A stretch of 64,000 bases of DNA from Octopus vulgaris (GCA_951406725.2 OX597831.1:61194001-61258000), one strand, 5' to 3'. Shown: positions 13,281-27,194, counted from the stretch's first letter. Made by a program: numbers and translations. The notes: generated from the letters alone by a model not told the origin.

Positions 13281-14780
13281 CAGTGTAGTTTGACTCATTA
13301 TTTTAATTAGATATGAGCTGTTGATCTTAGAAGAGTAGGAAAGAACTGTAGCAATGTTTCCAATGCTGATGGTCTGTTGTCCACTCGTGATGCAAATGCT
13401 TTGATTTAAGTCTTTGTCATAATAGAAGCATTGCAGAAGTCAGTTTTTGAAACTATCTCCAAGAACATCAGTTCAATGGGAAACGATGCCCATTCCGAAC
13501 AGCTACAGAAAAAATAACTGTAAGATAACTTCACCAAAGAGGGAGTCGGTGTCAGATATATTTCCAAGAGAGTATATGAAGGTCACTGGTAGCTCATCCT
13601 GCTCAAGCAAACGTATTCCGCCATCTGTTGGCGCGCCACAGAACTAGTCCGGGAACATTTTGATACTACCTCATATTTTCTCTTCTGATTTTAATTATTT
13701 AGATTATTCCTCTGGGGTAAGAGCTGATTTCTAAGAAAAATGCAAAGCTCCATCGTTGGTATGTAGATAAGAAAAAGAGGGTCACATTTTAAACTTGAGA
13801 AGGTCTTGCGTATTTTAATTCTTTCTTAAGTTTGTATTTGTAATATGTAAGTTAGTAGGGTGATTTCTTTTTTTGAAAACTTTAACTTATCCAGATTGTC
13901 ACTTAGACATTTATTCAATTATTATCAAGTGCTCAATTATCATTGACATTGTATAATTCCTATAGACTAGAATCAAACATGTGTTTTACACAGGGTCATT
14001 CAAACATTCGCCTCCGGTTGTGAAGATTTTCGCTCAGCATCCTCCGTTCTCATGAGCTTGGTGTGAAGAGTCACCATAGAGTTTTGTTAATATATTCATA
14101 AGATATAATTCATTAGGTGTAAACTCATTATTCGTCTTACCTTTTATTATCGTGATTAATCAATATGGTGGTACAGATTGTTGATGTTTTCTTCAAGATA
14201 ATTTTTTCATTTAGGTTGATTCCTTTTAGTTGTTTTATTAACTTGTATACTTCAGAGTTCCCCTCTGTGTTCTTTAAAAGTTATATCAACTGTATATATG
14301 AGGGCATTAACATTCCAGTAATTAACACCAAATGATTTCAATATTTGAGCTGTAGGAATCTTTTCTTAATATTGTTAAGAAATGATTTGTCTCTTGTCGA
14401 TAGTTTCAAATATGTACAAGTTTTGTGCGAACTGTAGTTTCAAGATGTTTCTAAGTTAAATATATTCCACAGCTGTCTCTATTGACTCGGTTACATTTGG
14501 AGAGACACGAGAATTTAATGATGACGGCAGCGGTTTGTTTACACTATTTTCGATCTCCGTTTTGGCAGATTTTGGCCACCTCTCAATGTTTTCAGAAAAT
14601 CGATTTACATTTCTGAAAGAAAGATGCTTGTTGCCTAACTTGTTTAGCAGCAGAAATGCTTAAGTTGGGGTGAGACTCATCCCAGTATTTTGAATGTATG
14701 TATGTATGTATGTATGTATGTATGTATGTATGTATGTATGTATGTATGTATGTATGTATGTATGTATGTATATGTATATG

Positions 14781-15330
14781 TCGGGTCACTTTCGAGTGCT
14801 ACTGGTAACATGTAACCCAGTACAACCTGTTGCATGGTCGGGTCGTCGGCGACTAAACCGGCAACCCCACCAAGCTTGCTTAGTGAGGAGGGTGTTTATT
14901 GGACACCCTGCGGGATGAAAAACAAAGCCCGTCAAAGGGTGGAGGAACTCTTGAGAGTCAACGGCCATCCAATAAATGCCTTGAGGCTTTATCATGCGCG
15001 GGGACATAGAAATAATCGGACTGAATACCCGATCGCGCGGTTAAACCATTGGGAGTGATGGACTCCTAGCCTTTGTTAAGGCATCCTTCTAGGAGAAGGT
15101 AACTCGGGTAACTGGGATAACTCTGATATAAAACTTGCGGCTCAGTGGTTACCGATGATGTTGACTTATTCTTCTTTTCGGATTATGACTGCTGTTGCTT
15201 AGTGAGTGGGATTGACTCAGTGCACAGCTTTTCCACAGTTTAAAAAAAAATCTTGCACAGGCATTGCATGATAACAACATTGATTAAGCTTTGTGCAATG
15301 GCCATACTCGATAATGAGGGGGCAGCCACC
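14781..15330 (+). mobile_element. GC-richer interspersed element (probably a LINE UTR fragment) within a (TATG)n microsatellite
   Basis: Abrupt composition change with (TATG)n on both sides. No coding motif recognised. Confidence 0.4.
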
Positions 15331-16058
15331 ATGTATGTATGTATGTATGTATGTATGCATGTATGCATATATGTATATAATCATGTATGTATATACGAGG
15401 TAGGATCTTTATAAGTTAAAGGCAACAGATGGTGGTTGTGTAAAGACTAAAATGATTTGCTGTTAGGAAATACAAAGGCAGATCATATTGTATTCAGTTT
15501 GTGAGTTGGTCAGATAAACAAGAAACAGACTGATTCACAAATGTTTTCTGAGAATGTTTTGACCTTTGTGCCAATGAATGTGGTGTACTATTATGGGAAA
15601 AAAATCATTTTGCGTTCGTCAGAATGAATATTTAAAATAATTGCCGTAAAGCTGAGTTGAGATTGGTGCCTTTAGTACAGAATGGTATCTAGTGAAATAA
15701 TCCGTTTTTATCTGGTGTTTCAAAGATATTGCTATAAATATGAGAGAATTGTTCAGAAGATTGTTTGTTTGGCATTTCATTCTTTTATCCAAATTTTAAG
15801 TATGTTGGTATCAAATTAATTAATGTCTAAACACCTAAATCAATTTAATATATCTATCATTATACTTTTAGACACATATGTAATTCGTCCATGATATATG
15901 CGTTAGAGTCCACTTAGCAGTGTTCCCAATATGTTAACATTTAAAAACCAAGTATTTATTCCGTGAAGGAATATTCATTTGTACTATTGATATTGTTATA
16001 TCAATATTCATTTGTACTACTTTTAAAAAAAATTCATACTCTTAATTAAACATAAATA

Positions 16059-17290
16059 TCAGGTCATCCTATAAGTTCTGTCCGAATTTTGAATAAAGAA
16101 AACAAGTGATCAAATGTTATATTGAATTATGAACTTTAAATTGAAATTTAATCATCAATATACTTTCCCTGATTATCTATGACTTCCTTCCATTTGTTTA
16201 CAATTTTTTAAATCCCATCAATTTAAAACTCTTTGGTTTTAAAACGAAGAACTCTGAAATGTCAGTTTCGACCTCCTCCTGACTTGCGGAAGTTATGTCC
16301 CCTAAATGATGCTGTAAACTACGAAACAAATGGTAGTCTGAAAGAGCAAGGTTGGGAGAATAAGGTTGATGAGGAATTTTTTTCCCAACCAAGCACTTCG
16401 ATCTTCTGTGACGTAATCTTTGCAGTGTGGGGGTCGCGCATTGTCCTGATGAAACATCACACCTTTTCAATTCACTAAAGCGTCTCTTTTTTTCTTCAAA
16501 GTTTGTTTCAAACGCTCTAATTGCTGACAATAGACTTGAGCATTGATTGTTGCATTAGGTGATAACAAATCAAAGTGAATTACTCCTTTGCAATCCTACC
16601 AGATAGAGAGAAGAACCTTTTTCCCATGAAGTTTCCTTCTCGGTTGCGGTTGAGCTTTTTCTCTTTTACCAAGCTACTGTTTACAACATTTAACATTCCG
16701 ATAGAAGATTCATTTCTTGTCACCACTCACAAGTATATAAAAAAAGGGTGAAATGTGTTCGCGAGAATGGAGAGGAAAGCAGATGTCAACTCGGGATTTT
16801 CGGTTGTTTTCGGACAATTCATGAGGCACCCATTTTCCTAAGATTAGGAACCTTTCCCAGTTGTTGAAGATGACGATGCACTGTTGAATGTTTTGAAATA
16901 AGCTTTATTGCTAGTTCTTCAACTGATAATACAGGGTTTTCTTCAAGTAATGCCTTCAGGAGCTTATCATCAAGCTCAACTGGACGTCCTGTTCGATCTT
17001 CACCTTCAAGACTGAACCCTCCACTTCTGAATTTTGCAAACCATCTGCTGCAAATTCTTTCATTCAAGCATCCTTTCCCATAAACTGAGTGTATGTTTCG
17101 AGTCGCTTTGGCTGCAGAGTTTCCTTTTTTGTAATCATAAAGAATTATGTGCCTTAAATGTTCTTTGGATACTTCCATGTTAGGAAGTGTTTTAATCAAG
17201 TAAATTTTAATTCTACTATTCTGTAAAATAATATTTAATTAGTCTAAATGTACACAAATGCACAAAAATAATTTTTAATTCTAATTTTAG
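16059..17290 (-). mobile_element. Mariner (Tc1/mariner) transposon with pseudogenised transposase; one TIR visible
   Basis: ORF 16819-17199 is the HTH region (HLRHIILYDYKKGNSAAKATRNI...RWFAKFRSG.FSLE..DRTGRP). Frameshifted GKWVPHEL follows. ORF 16198-16530 has PYSPNLALSDYHLFRSL. TA|TCAGGTCATCCTATAAG end at 16057-16059. Confidence 0.93.
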
Positions 17291-17306
17291 TAAATTAATT
17301 CCAAAC

Positions 17307-17553
17307 ATGTTCCAATCAACAAAGCATTAAGCAGCTGTTAAAGATGTAGAAAATTACCTGAAGCAACTAGTGTTACAAGATAGTGTTTGGGAATGGATCA
17401 TTTATATTGCTGCTGCCTTTACCATTTTTATTGTGGTTAGTTTGGCAAATTCTACTGGAATATTTCTTCGTGGCCTTGAAAGAATTTTTGACGAACCAGC
17501 ATCAATACTTTCCTTAATTGGAGCTCTCTTATGTGGCCTTAGTTTGCTAGCTG
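17307..17553 (+). pseudogene. SLC16/MCT-like transporter pseudogene A, first coding exon (TM1-TM2)
   Basis: QDSVWEWIIYIAAAFTIFIVVSLANSTGIFLRGLERIFDEPASILSLIGALLCGLSLLA(G) resembles the MCT N-terminus (PDGGWGW...S.GIF...F....S.IGSL..G). Phase-1 GT donor at 17554. In-frame TAA at 17328 follows the ATG at 17307; the true start is uncertain. Confidence 0.75.
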
Positions 17554-17899
17554 GTAATGAAATATTATATCAAGATTGTCAATTTTATGTACCTTATAAT
17601 TTGCTAGTTTCAGTCATTTGACAGAAACTCCAAGACGAGACGCTGCTTTGAAGCATTTAGCTTACCGTAACTAGTGACTATTACTGAGTCAGTTTTAAAC
17701 TCTGATATTTATTTTCTTTTCCATCTATAATATTGCAAGAGTAAACGTAATCACTGCCACATCTTACACTAACGTTCAAGCTGAACAAAATGCGTGTGTG
17801 TGTGTGTTACTGCCCTCTCTACGTTATCCAACGTATCATTTCTAAGACGAATGTGCTATAATTTGAAACTGATTTCACTATCAAACTGGCAATCAATCA

Positions 17900-18340
17900 G
17901 GCCGAACGACCATACCATATACAGACTCTCCCGTTGGCTCATGTTCGCCAACGTGTCTCCTGTAATCCCTGCAGTAAGTAAACATACATTATAGCGTCAG
18001 AGTCGTTGCCTTGCTGGGTCACCGCCTTGCAAGGTTTAGTGAAACACATCGACTCCAGTACTTGCTTTTTAAAGTCTGGAACTTTTTCTATTAGTCTTAC
18101 ATATAGATCTTGTAATTCAATGTGGCCTTTCTTGCGTAAGATGGCAGGTTTCAATAATCTCTATTTGGTTCTCGTTGCAGTCATAACTACCTCTTCTTTT
18201 TGCATAGTTGCAGGGAATCCATGTCTGCATCATCCTTTCTGCATTAACTGTCGGCTAAATTTTACACAATGTATTGGTCAATCCGAGTTCATTCTGTAGG
18301 GATGATTTATCGCAGGGTTCCCCTCTTTGCAATCCTATAA
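17900..18340 (-). mobile_element. Possible L1/Tx1-type ORF1 remnant
   Basis: GFPATMQKEEV...ILRKKG...LYVRL...KAVTQQG followed by a frameshifted Cys/His knuckle-like stretch (CMFTYCRDYRRH). Confidence 0.3.
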
Positions 18341-20263
18341 AAAACGAGTTGCATGTAAAGCAAACCACTTAACCAGGTCACCATGCTCGTGTCCTTCTAC
18401 CTTTTAACTTTTCCAATACGATCGCGAGGTTGTGAGCTCGAATCCCGGACCGGGCTGTGTATTGTGTTCTTGAGCAAGACACATTATTTCACCTTCCTCT
18501 AGTTCACGGGTGGTGTGAAGACAGGAGGCCAGTATGCATGGGCGACTGCTGGTCTTCCATAAACCACCTTGCCTGGACTTGTGCCTGGAAGGGCAACTTT
18601 CTAGGTGCAATCCCATTGTCTGTGTCCTGACCGAAGGGGGTCGCAGATGTATGTATGTATGTATGTATGTATGTATGTATGTATGTATATATGTATGTTT
18701 GTATGTATGCAACATGTCGTAAATTCCACACTACTATTAATGTAATAATTCAGATACTATAATTAATGTTATGTCTTGATTTGTACATTGATTTTTATAA
18801 CATATACACATAATTAACATCATAAGTTAAGTAAAAACATTTTCTCCTACACAGAATACACTACATACAACATTTTACGTCATAGTAATTTTCTACCTAG
18901 AATCATCTTATTACACATATGCATATATATCTTATTGTCATGATTAAAACGTACTGTATATAATGTAATAACTTATATATTTTGTGTTAATATACTCTTG
19001 ATATAATTTATAGCTGTCATGTTTTAAAAGTATTTGACAATTGTTTAAATCTGTGATACAATTTTCATAATCACTGTTGTGACATGGCAACAGTAACCTC
19101 TCCGTTATACAAATTCAAACATTGATGTTACATTCCTATTCTTAGTATGCTCAAATGAGTTTATCATATTTCTTGGATAATCTCTGATGAGATTATTATT
19201 ACATTTATGAAAATCCTATTTACAAAGTAAAGCACTTCGACAAAGTATTTTCCATCAGCTTTAATGCTGATTTTTTTTTAAATGTCTCTGAAGTATAAAA
19301 TAAAATGAAATCCGTTTAGCAAAGTTTCTTCTTTCCTTCTAGCATTCATTAAGTCCACTGCATGTATCTTGTTCTTCTCTGATATACACACCTCCCATCA
19401 ACTCTACCTATGCTGCCTGTGCATATGTTGAATTTCCTGCATCAGTCAACTTTTCCTCCTGGGTATTACTGTGATTTTGAAGTTACTATAGTTAGAGGCA
19501 TCGCTCCATAATTCCTCTAAGCTGAATGAACTCCTACATCTACCAAGAGCCACTCAACTGAATCATGTTCCTGTATCGAGATGTCAAATACTTCCCACGC
19601 TTTACCATCAACAAACTCTTTCTAAAAACTTAAGTATAACACTTTTACATATTATTGAAGTACATACAGACTATACCAAATACACTTGACTACATTCTAC
19701 TCGCCACAAATAAAAACAGTCTCTGTATCTGTCAGTCACCAGTGTACGTACTACATTAAGTACGTGTCTCCCTCACCAACAATCTATCTATGTCTCTCGA
19801 CAGTGTCAATCATATATCACCAATGTCGCTCACATGTATCCTTTCTATGTTCCTCACTTATTCCAATCATCCGTATCTTTAATACTAATTGCTTTTATGT
19901 CGTTTACCACGGTAGCTATTTTATCATCAGTGTCACACTTATATCATTCACCAATATTAATCGTATGTTACTTAACATTAACACTCAGCTGTGCCAGTTT
20001 CTGGAACTGAGCTGGTGGAGCAATTGTGGGTAGGCACAGGAATTCAGAGACGCTGTTAGGTAACTAGACAGTAGGATTTTCTTTCTTATCTCCTGTAAAT
20101 ATATTTAGATAAACTTATGAGCCCCTTCTGTCTTTCATCTCTTTGATCAAAAGTTAAGGTCAAAGGCAAAAGATTCCATATTTGGGACCGTGTCGATGTT
20201 ACTTTCGCAAGTACATGAGACTATGTATCGGGCAAAATGGGTAAATGGAGCAAACATTTGATT

Positions 20264-20355
20264 TCCTGTTATTTTATCTGTACTTGGTTGATATTTGATA
20301 TCATTGCATTGCAAGTATTGCGTCTTCTTTTTGCACTGTTGCATCATCTTTGGGG
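20264..20355 (+). pseudogene. MCT-like pseudogene A, exon 2 remnant
   Basis: PVI...LIFDIIA/ASIASSFCT...IFG G|GTAA aligns by eye with the paralogous exon at 52004-52146 (PVA...ISFGIIGFTST...FST...IFG G|GTAAG). Contains deletions and lacks a clear acceptor. Confidence 0.4.
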
Positions 20356-21297
20356 GTAAAAGTTGGTAGCATAGTTGTTGAGATTGAAAGATTTTGAAAT
20401 ATAGGTGACGCGTATTTTCTTCACAAGAAAGTTTTGATCAAATTTGACCCAATGGTAGTTTAAGTTGCTAATAAAATAAAAACCATCTGGATAACTTTTA
20501 GTGTTTCAGAATGAAAAATTCTTTTCTCTATTAAATTTCAAATCAATTTTGTTCCATACTAATATCCAATATGATAATTTACAATTTTCAAAAAAATTGT
20601 CATAAATGCGGCAAAATGGGTAATGAATAATTTCAACTATTTCTTCTTTTTAACTGTATATACATACATATATTAAGAAGAGAGCTACTCCAGCAGGTCT
20701 TAAAGAAGTTATACAGAATATTTTATGCTGCGTTCTAAGATTTAGTGGAGTTTCGTTAATTTCATATCATTTATCGTTTTTTTATTTTATTTTACGCCCC
20801 AGTTCTGACCTTTCTGATGTCTGAGGAGGGATATTCGTATATGTCAGCCTTTTTTCAATTGTAACTTTGGCGAAATGAAAAGGCAAATTTACTTATTTTG
20901 TCGCACTCATTTTTGCCCTACCTAAATTTGTCTTTAACATGTCCATAGAAAACGGAAATAATTCTCTGAAAGTGTTCTGAATATGTTATAGTGTTTTTAA
21001 TACATTTAGAGATGGTCATTTGCTTAGTTGGTACGGTTTTGCAAGGTAGTAAACATTCATAACTGTTTTTTCTCGAAGTCAAAAATGCAGAAAATATTCA
21101 TTGTACCCTACCCCAGACCCATTGAAAATATAACCGTCCAACTGGCTGCGAAAGTATCTGCCACCTACTTATATCGGCCTCTCGTTCACATTTGACTTCC
21201 CTTCGACTCTGATTTTCTATAAATAATACAACTGATGTAACGAATTATCTTCCAAATCTGAATTCTAACTCATGTGAAGTGGTTTATATTTTTGCAG

Positions 21298-21572
21298 GTA
21301 TATCACTCGGAATGTCTTATCGCCTCCGTTATATCACCACAGGCCTCTATTTTAATAAGAAACGTGCGCTAGCAATAGGAATAACCGTTTGTGGCGCAGG
21401 ATTGGGAATAATGCTCTCGAATTTGTTACTTGAACAACTAACATAGCTTTACGGAGTGAAGAGTTCACTGCTCAATATACCGGTATTGCTTCTTAATTTC
21501 GTCGATTTTTTGGAGCTCTTTTCCGACCATTACAATATACCAATACAGAGTTTGATGTTAAGGCATACAGAA
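21298..21572 (+). pseudogene. MCT-like pseudogene A, exon 3 (TM4-TM6)
   Basis: TTTTTGCAG acceptor, then GISLGMSY....TTGLYFNKKRALAIGITVCGAGLG...L*LYG...FGALFRPL, matching the MCT YF.KRR.LA.GI...G.G.G and GAL.RPL signatures. TAG at 21444 plus frameshift(s). GTGAGT donor at 21573. Confidence 0.88.
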
Positions 21573-21975
21573 GTGAGTCAGTTTGATTTGAAAACTATAT
21601 TCCCTAATAAACAAAGAAAGTAGGTGATAATTCGAGATAAAACGAATTTGTATTAAAAAATTATTAATAATGAATCCTGTTGTGCTTAGGATTTTTTGCC
21701 TATTTTGAACCTGAATTTTAGCCCAATACTTAGATAGAAATTTCAAGGATTCATGACAAAAAACTTACAATTGATTCTTTCATACATTACATATATAATT
21801 GTAAATAATATCTATTTTGGAGGTCAAGTATGGTTGAACATTAAATATGTTGGTGTATACTTAAAGATATCAGTAAATATGCTTCTTTAAATTTATATTT
21901 AATGTAGGATAAAATTCTTTCGAAAAAAAAAATTATCTATGGCCAGCATATTAAAAAATACCTTTAAAGGTTACA

Positions 21976-22193
21976 TTTATAAACAACTTATACATAAGGG
22001 CAAATGAAATAATTTCTAATGCCAAATATGTCGAAATTAGACACCCTGTCCATAACCATATAATTTTTCACAATACGCACGCAATACGTGCGTATTGTGA
22101 AAAATTATATGGTTATTGACAGGGTGTCTAATTTCGGCATATTTGGCGTTAGAAATGTTTTCATTTGCCCTTATTTATAAGTTGTTTGTAAAT
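21976..22193. repeat. About 218-bp fold-back palindrome (MITE-like)
   Basis: Arms such as AAGGGCAAATGAAA...GACACCCTGTC...TTTTTCACAATACGCACG and CGTGCGTATTGTGAAAAA...GACAGGGTGTC...TTTCATTTGCCCTT, centred near 22084. Confidence 0.88.
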
Positions 22194-22612
22194 ATGCCTC
22201 TGTATGATACAAAAGTGAAATCCAATGCACACGTTTTTAATTAGTATGTACTTTAGTTTTGTAAATATATACTTTTCCGAAAACACAGATAAAAAGACAT
22301 ACTCACAACATACACATACACACAACATACACATACACACAACATATATATACACACAACATACACATACATACAACATAAACATACACGGTTGCACATG
22401 CAGGCAGTATATGCTATAAAATGACGTAAATGCTATTAAATGATTTCAAACTGAACTGTCCTTCCTCTCCAATGAACCAATTAACTTGTACAGAAATTTG
22501 ACATCTGCCATTTGTTAAGGAAATAAATTTTAGCTGAGCTTTCGGTAAAAATTATAGCTATTTTTGGATTTTAAAGTTCATATTTACCAAAATTTTGTAG
22601 TCACATTTTCAG

Positions 22613-22755
22613 GTCAAACATTCAAATCTTTGTTCATTTTCATTGAAGAAGTTATCTGTACTTCTGCCAGAAAAGAATAAAGGCAAAAACAAAATCAGCA
22701 TCAGAATACGGACTTCCTTTGTAAATTGTATTAACTGTCTTTGCTGAACAGAAAC
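22613..22755 (+). pseudogene. Possible MCT-like pseudogene A cytoplasmic-loop exon, truncated by an RTE fragment
   Basis: TTTTCAG acceptor. GQTFKS and (other frame) IRTSFVNCIN weakly parallel xQSFTS and ERSSFKKGCLN in the 39.7 kb exon. Confidence 0.25.
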
Positions 22756-22759
22756 ATTG

Positions 22760-22998
22760 ATTACTTCCAGTTATTCTAAGAGATTCCCAGGAAAAACTAG
22801 ACAGATGCCACACCCGCTTCCTCCGACACGCACTGGATATCGATTGGTTGGCAACAGTGGGGTGGCCAATAAAAACATCTACAGGGACCTTACCCGATAT
22901 CAGAATTTATCAGAGGCAGGACGCTCAGTTTTGTTGGACACTGCTACCGGGCTATGAGCGAATACATCAGGAGTGTGTTACCTGGCAACCAACGCGTG
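22760..22998 (+). mobile_element. RTE-like LINE 3' fragment
   Basis: KLDRCHTRFLRHALDIDW...NKNIY...[14 protein letters not shown], homologous to the fragment at 28690-29065. Confidence 0.7.
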
Positions 22999-23122
22999 TA
23001 TATATATATATATATAAATATATATACATATGCGCATACATATATATACATATATACATACATATATATATCTCTTACTTGTTTCAGTCACTATATATAT
23101 ACACACACATATATACATATAC

Positions 23123-23199
<77 letters not shown>

Positions 23200-23460
23200 A
23201 TATGTATATGTATATATATACATTCTTATATATTTATCTTTTACTTGTTTCAGTCACTAGACTGCAGTCATACCAAAGCACCGTCTTGTTGAATTTTTAG
23301 TTGAATGAATCGACCCCAATATTTATTTTCAAAACCTTGGTACTTATTCTATCGGTGTCGTTTGCCGAACCGTGAAGTTACGCTGATGTAAGCACATCAA
23401 CACTAATTATCATGTGGTGGTGTTGGGGTGGGGGAGACAAACACAGACACAAAGACACAC

Positions 23461-23552
<92 letters not shown>

Positions 23553-24714
23553 GACGGACTACTTTTAATTTCTGTCTTAATGTTTGTATTTATGTTCAGA
23601 TATAATAAAAACAATTTTTCCATTAATCTGTTGGGTTATACTATACTTTTATAGAGTACACATTTATCACTCTTAAACAAGGACGTTGTTGACAATGGCT
23701 GCAACGTTTCGGCCAGCTATTTGTTTATCTTGCAATAAAATTTCTCCCATGATGAGTTATTGCTGTTAGGTGTCCAGTTGTTCTGTTAACATCTAATGCT
23801 GAATTTTAAATAACTGAAATAGTGAAACTTACGTAAGAACTAAATATTCATACTGGTGTTTGTCTTAATTTCTACTATCAGTGTGTGTGCGTGTGTGCGT
23901 GTGTGTATGTGTGTGCGCACGCTTGTGTGTGTGTATGATTTCAATATATATGTATATTGGTATTTTAATTCACTGAGGATGCATGGGTATCGTCATGTAT
24001 ATCCGATAGTTGATTTTTTTTGTATATGTATATCAGTCGAAAAAGCGCTTACAAGAATCGCTAAAAATTTTTAACAACAGATGTGTCCAACCGCAATCCT
24101 CGCTAGCAGGTCTTACTTCAGCATCAGAAACAACGACATAAAAACATAAATCAGAGGCGACATTTCGTGTATCCACCGACAAACGGTTTGGTGGTCTACA
24201 TCTAACGGTGTTAGAGAATATTTATGTGTTTGATTACCACCGACAATAGACACTCTGCGTTAAGCATACTTCTCTTTATTATTCATAGAAATGACAATGG
24301 ATATACAATCAATTACAGTAACTGAGATGTTTCTAAATCTTCGAAAAGATATCAAAAGCGTAGATAACTGGAACAAGTGAAAATCTGATCTATATGTTGT
24401 AACTCAATGCGTAGAATAATATGTGAGGCGCTCCGGCGAGTAAAAGCCCCTGATTGGTTCTGCAGAATAAAGGGTAACTGACTATTTTATATAATATTTT
24501 CCAAACATGACGTATTTAAAAATAACTTCAAATAAGACTAAAGGCGCGGCAACAGGCTAAAGTCTAATGCCTATCTCAATGCTGTCGATCTAGCCCACGG
24601 ATTATGCTTCATAGATCTTTTCACACAAGAGACAATGAAGCACCGTTTTTTTTCTTTTTTTCTCAACATTTACTTGCCCTCAACATTCGCCTCTTTCGCC
24701 TCTCAATATCGAAT

Positions 24715-25400
24715 AAAATATTCATTTTCTACTCTAGATAAAAGGCCTGAGGGGAGGGGGCCAGCAGATTAGATCGACCTCAGTATGTGAAGGGTACTTA
24801 ATTTATCAACCCCGAAAGGATGAAAGGAAAGGTCGACCTCGGCGGAATTTGAACTCAGAACGTGGGCAAAACACAGAGAGGACAAACAAGGACAGACAAA
24901 CGGATTAAGTCGATTATATGAACCCCAGTGCGTAACTGGTACTTGATTTATCGACCACGAAAGGATGAAAGCCAAAGTCGACCTCGGCGCAGTTTGAACT
25001 CAGAACGTAGCTGCAGACGAAATACCTATTTCTTTACTACACACAAGGGGCTAAACACAGAGAGAACAAACAAGGATAGACAAAGGGATTAAGTCGATTA
25101 TATCGACCCCAGTGCGTAACTGGTACTTAATTTATCGACCCCGAAACGATGAAAGGCAAAGTCGACCTCGGCGGAATTTGAACTCAGAACGTAACGACAG
25201 ACGAAATATGGCTACGCATTTCGCCCGGCGTGCTAATGATTCTGCCAGCTCGCCGCCTTGCAATATCGAAAACAATATTATTTTCTACTCAAGGCATAAG
25301 GCCCAAAATTTTGGGGGAGGCGGCCTGTCGATTAGATCGAACTCACTACGCAACTGGTACTTAATTTATCGATCCCGAAAGGATGAAAGACAAAGTCATC
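24715..25400 (-). mobile_element. Cluster of tandem and partial tRNA-derived SINEs with a Nin/Deu-like conserved domain; other copies at about 870-1075, 6270-6680, 27320-27700, 31680-32100, 47370-47760, 51440-51580 and 57085-57312
   Basis: Repeated GAGTTCAAATTCCGCCGAGGTCGACTTTGCCTTTCATCCTTTCGGGGTCGATAAATTAAGTACCAG (B box plus central domain) on both strands. Confidence 0.88.
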
Positions 25401-26189
25401 GAATAAAACTTTACGAGAATTATAGCATTCAAGAGCTGAATTATAAAAGAATCGTTATAATATAATAATAATAATAAATGATGCATTGGCATTAATTATT
25501 AGGATCCCCTCTCATATCTCAGATTTTCTTTTTTCCTGCCTTCACTCTGAATGCTGTCTTATTTTGTGCGGAAACATACGCCAACACCATCTGAACGGTG
25601 CTGACATCAGATTTATCATTCAATCCATTCTGGATCAGTGTGTAATATATCGAGCAAACATTACATACCAGCATTGCATCTCAACTTTCTTTTTCTTCTT
25701 GTTCTTCTTCATTCAATAATATCACGAGAAATATTAAAATGGATACAGCACCAAGAAATGCTGGGAAAAACACCGAAATAAATTTTAATACAAACAAACT
25801 CCCGGCTACGTTGGAGAGAATATGCCTTACACTTCAATATTATGAAGCTAAATACAATTTAAGTTGGTATGATTATCTGAAACTATGTTATTTCAGATTT
25901 AATATAAGAAAATGCATGTCAAATACATACAAATAAAAAATTCAGATAAGGAACACCTACGTATATACAAAAATATCAATATAAGCACACATACACACAC
26001 ACACACACATTCACACACGCATGCACAAATATGCATATCGATGTAACGTGTGTGTATGTATATATATATATATATCACGTGACCACGTGACCGACCAGAC
26101 CATCAGATGTTGTTACACATCGCTGGTCACAATGCGTTCGCCTTGTTTTAACCTTTGAATGACGCCACCCCGCTAGCTAAGCGAGCAGA

Positions 26190-26288
<99 letters not shown>

Positions 26289-26378
26289 AAAAAGGAGATG
26301 TGGAACAGGAGTTGTGATATATAAAAAAGGAAATGAAGAAAGGAAATGAAATTATTTTGTCAACATTTTCTTCATTTC

Positions 26379-26418
<40 letters not shown>

Positions 26419-27145
26419 TATGAGTTAATGTATATATATATATATATATATACATATATATGAGTTAATTGTGTCATTGAGACCCAAAGGTGTCAGGTAA
26501 TGCTGAATAAGTGCTATAGACAGACCATAGTTAAGTTCCAGATTCGGTGATATTGCCAATAAAGCGTTCAACATTGGTTCTATGTCAGCGTGTGTATATA
26601 AGAATTTTTTGCATAATAAGATAAAAAACCTAAACTGTGTAGATATTAGAGCATTTATAGATAGGTCTTACAGCTCTGATATCTACACGGACTTATTTTT
26701 TTATCTTATTATGTAAAAAATTCTTATATATATATATATTCTTATAGACACACCGATATCAACATAGGTACACAAATATTGAATATTTAGCCGAATAACT
26801 AAACAAATATACGAAGAGACCAACATATATGAAATATTTAGAAGAATAACTGAACTGAAATACCCGGTGATGACTACGGCATCAAATCAATTACTCACGT
26901 ACGTGCTAATATACATATTTTGGTGATCCGAGAAATTTTAATTAAAATTACACACGTATTGCACAAAAGAAATATTTAACGACAAAACTAAGATAACATC
27001 CAACTGTGTGAATTTTCAGTGGATTTTTTTGTTAATTATTCAGCGCACACACACATAGTCAATTGATTCGTCGTATATATACGAATATATCAGTATGTTT
27101 CTTTAAGGATCTTTCTCGCTCTTTGTATCAAAAGTCTGTGTGTGC

Positions 27146-27194
<49 letters not shown>

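Noticed and set aside
24715-25400. CRISPR-like array of recurring repeats
   Set aside because: These are long, irregular, diverged SINE copies in eukaryotic DNA, without unique spacers or cas genes.
25560-25700. Possible piggyBac C-terminal Cys-rich remnant on the - strand
   Set aside because: Only a vague resemblance; no TTAA ends or transposase core seen.
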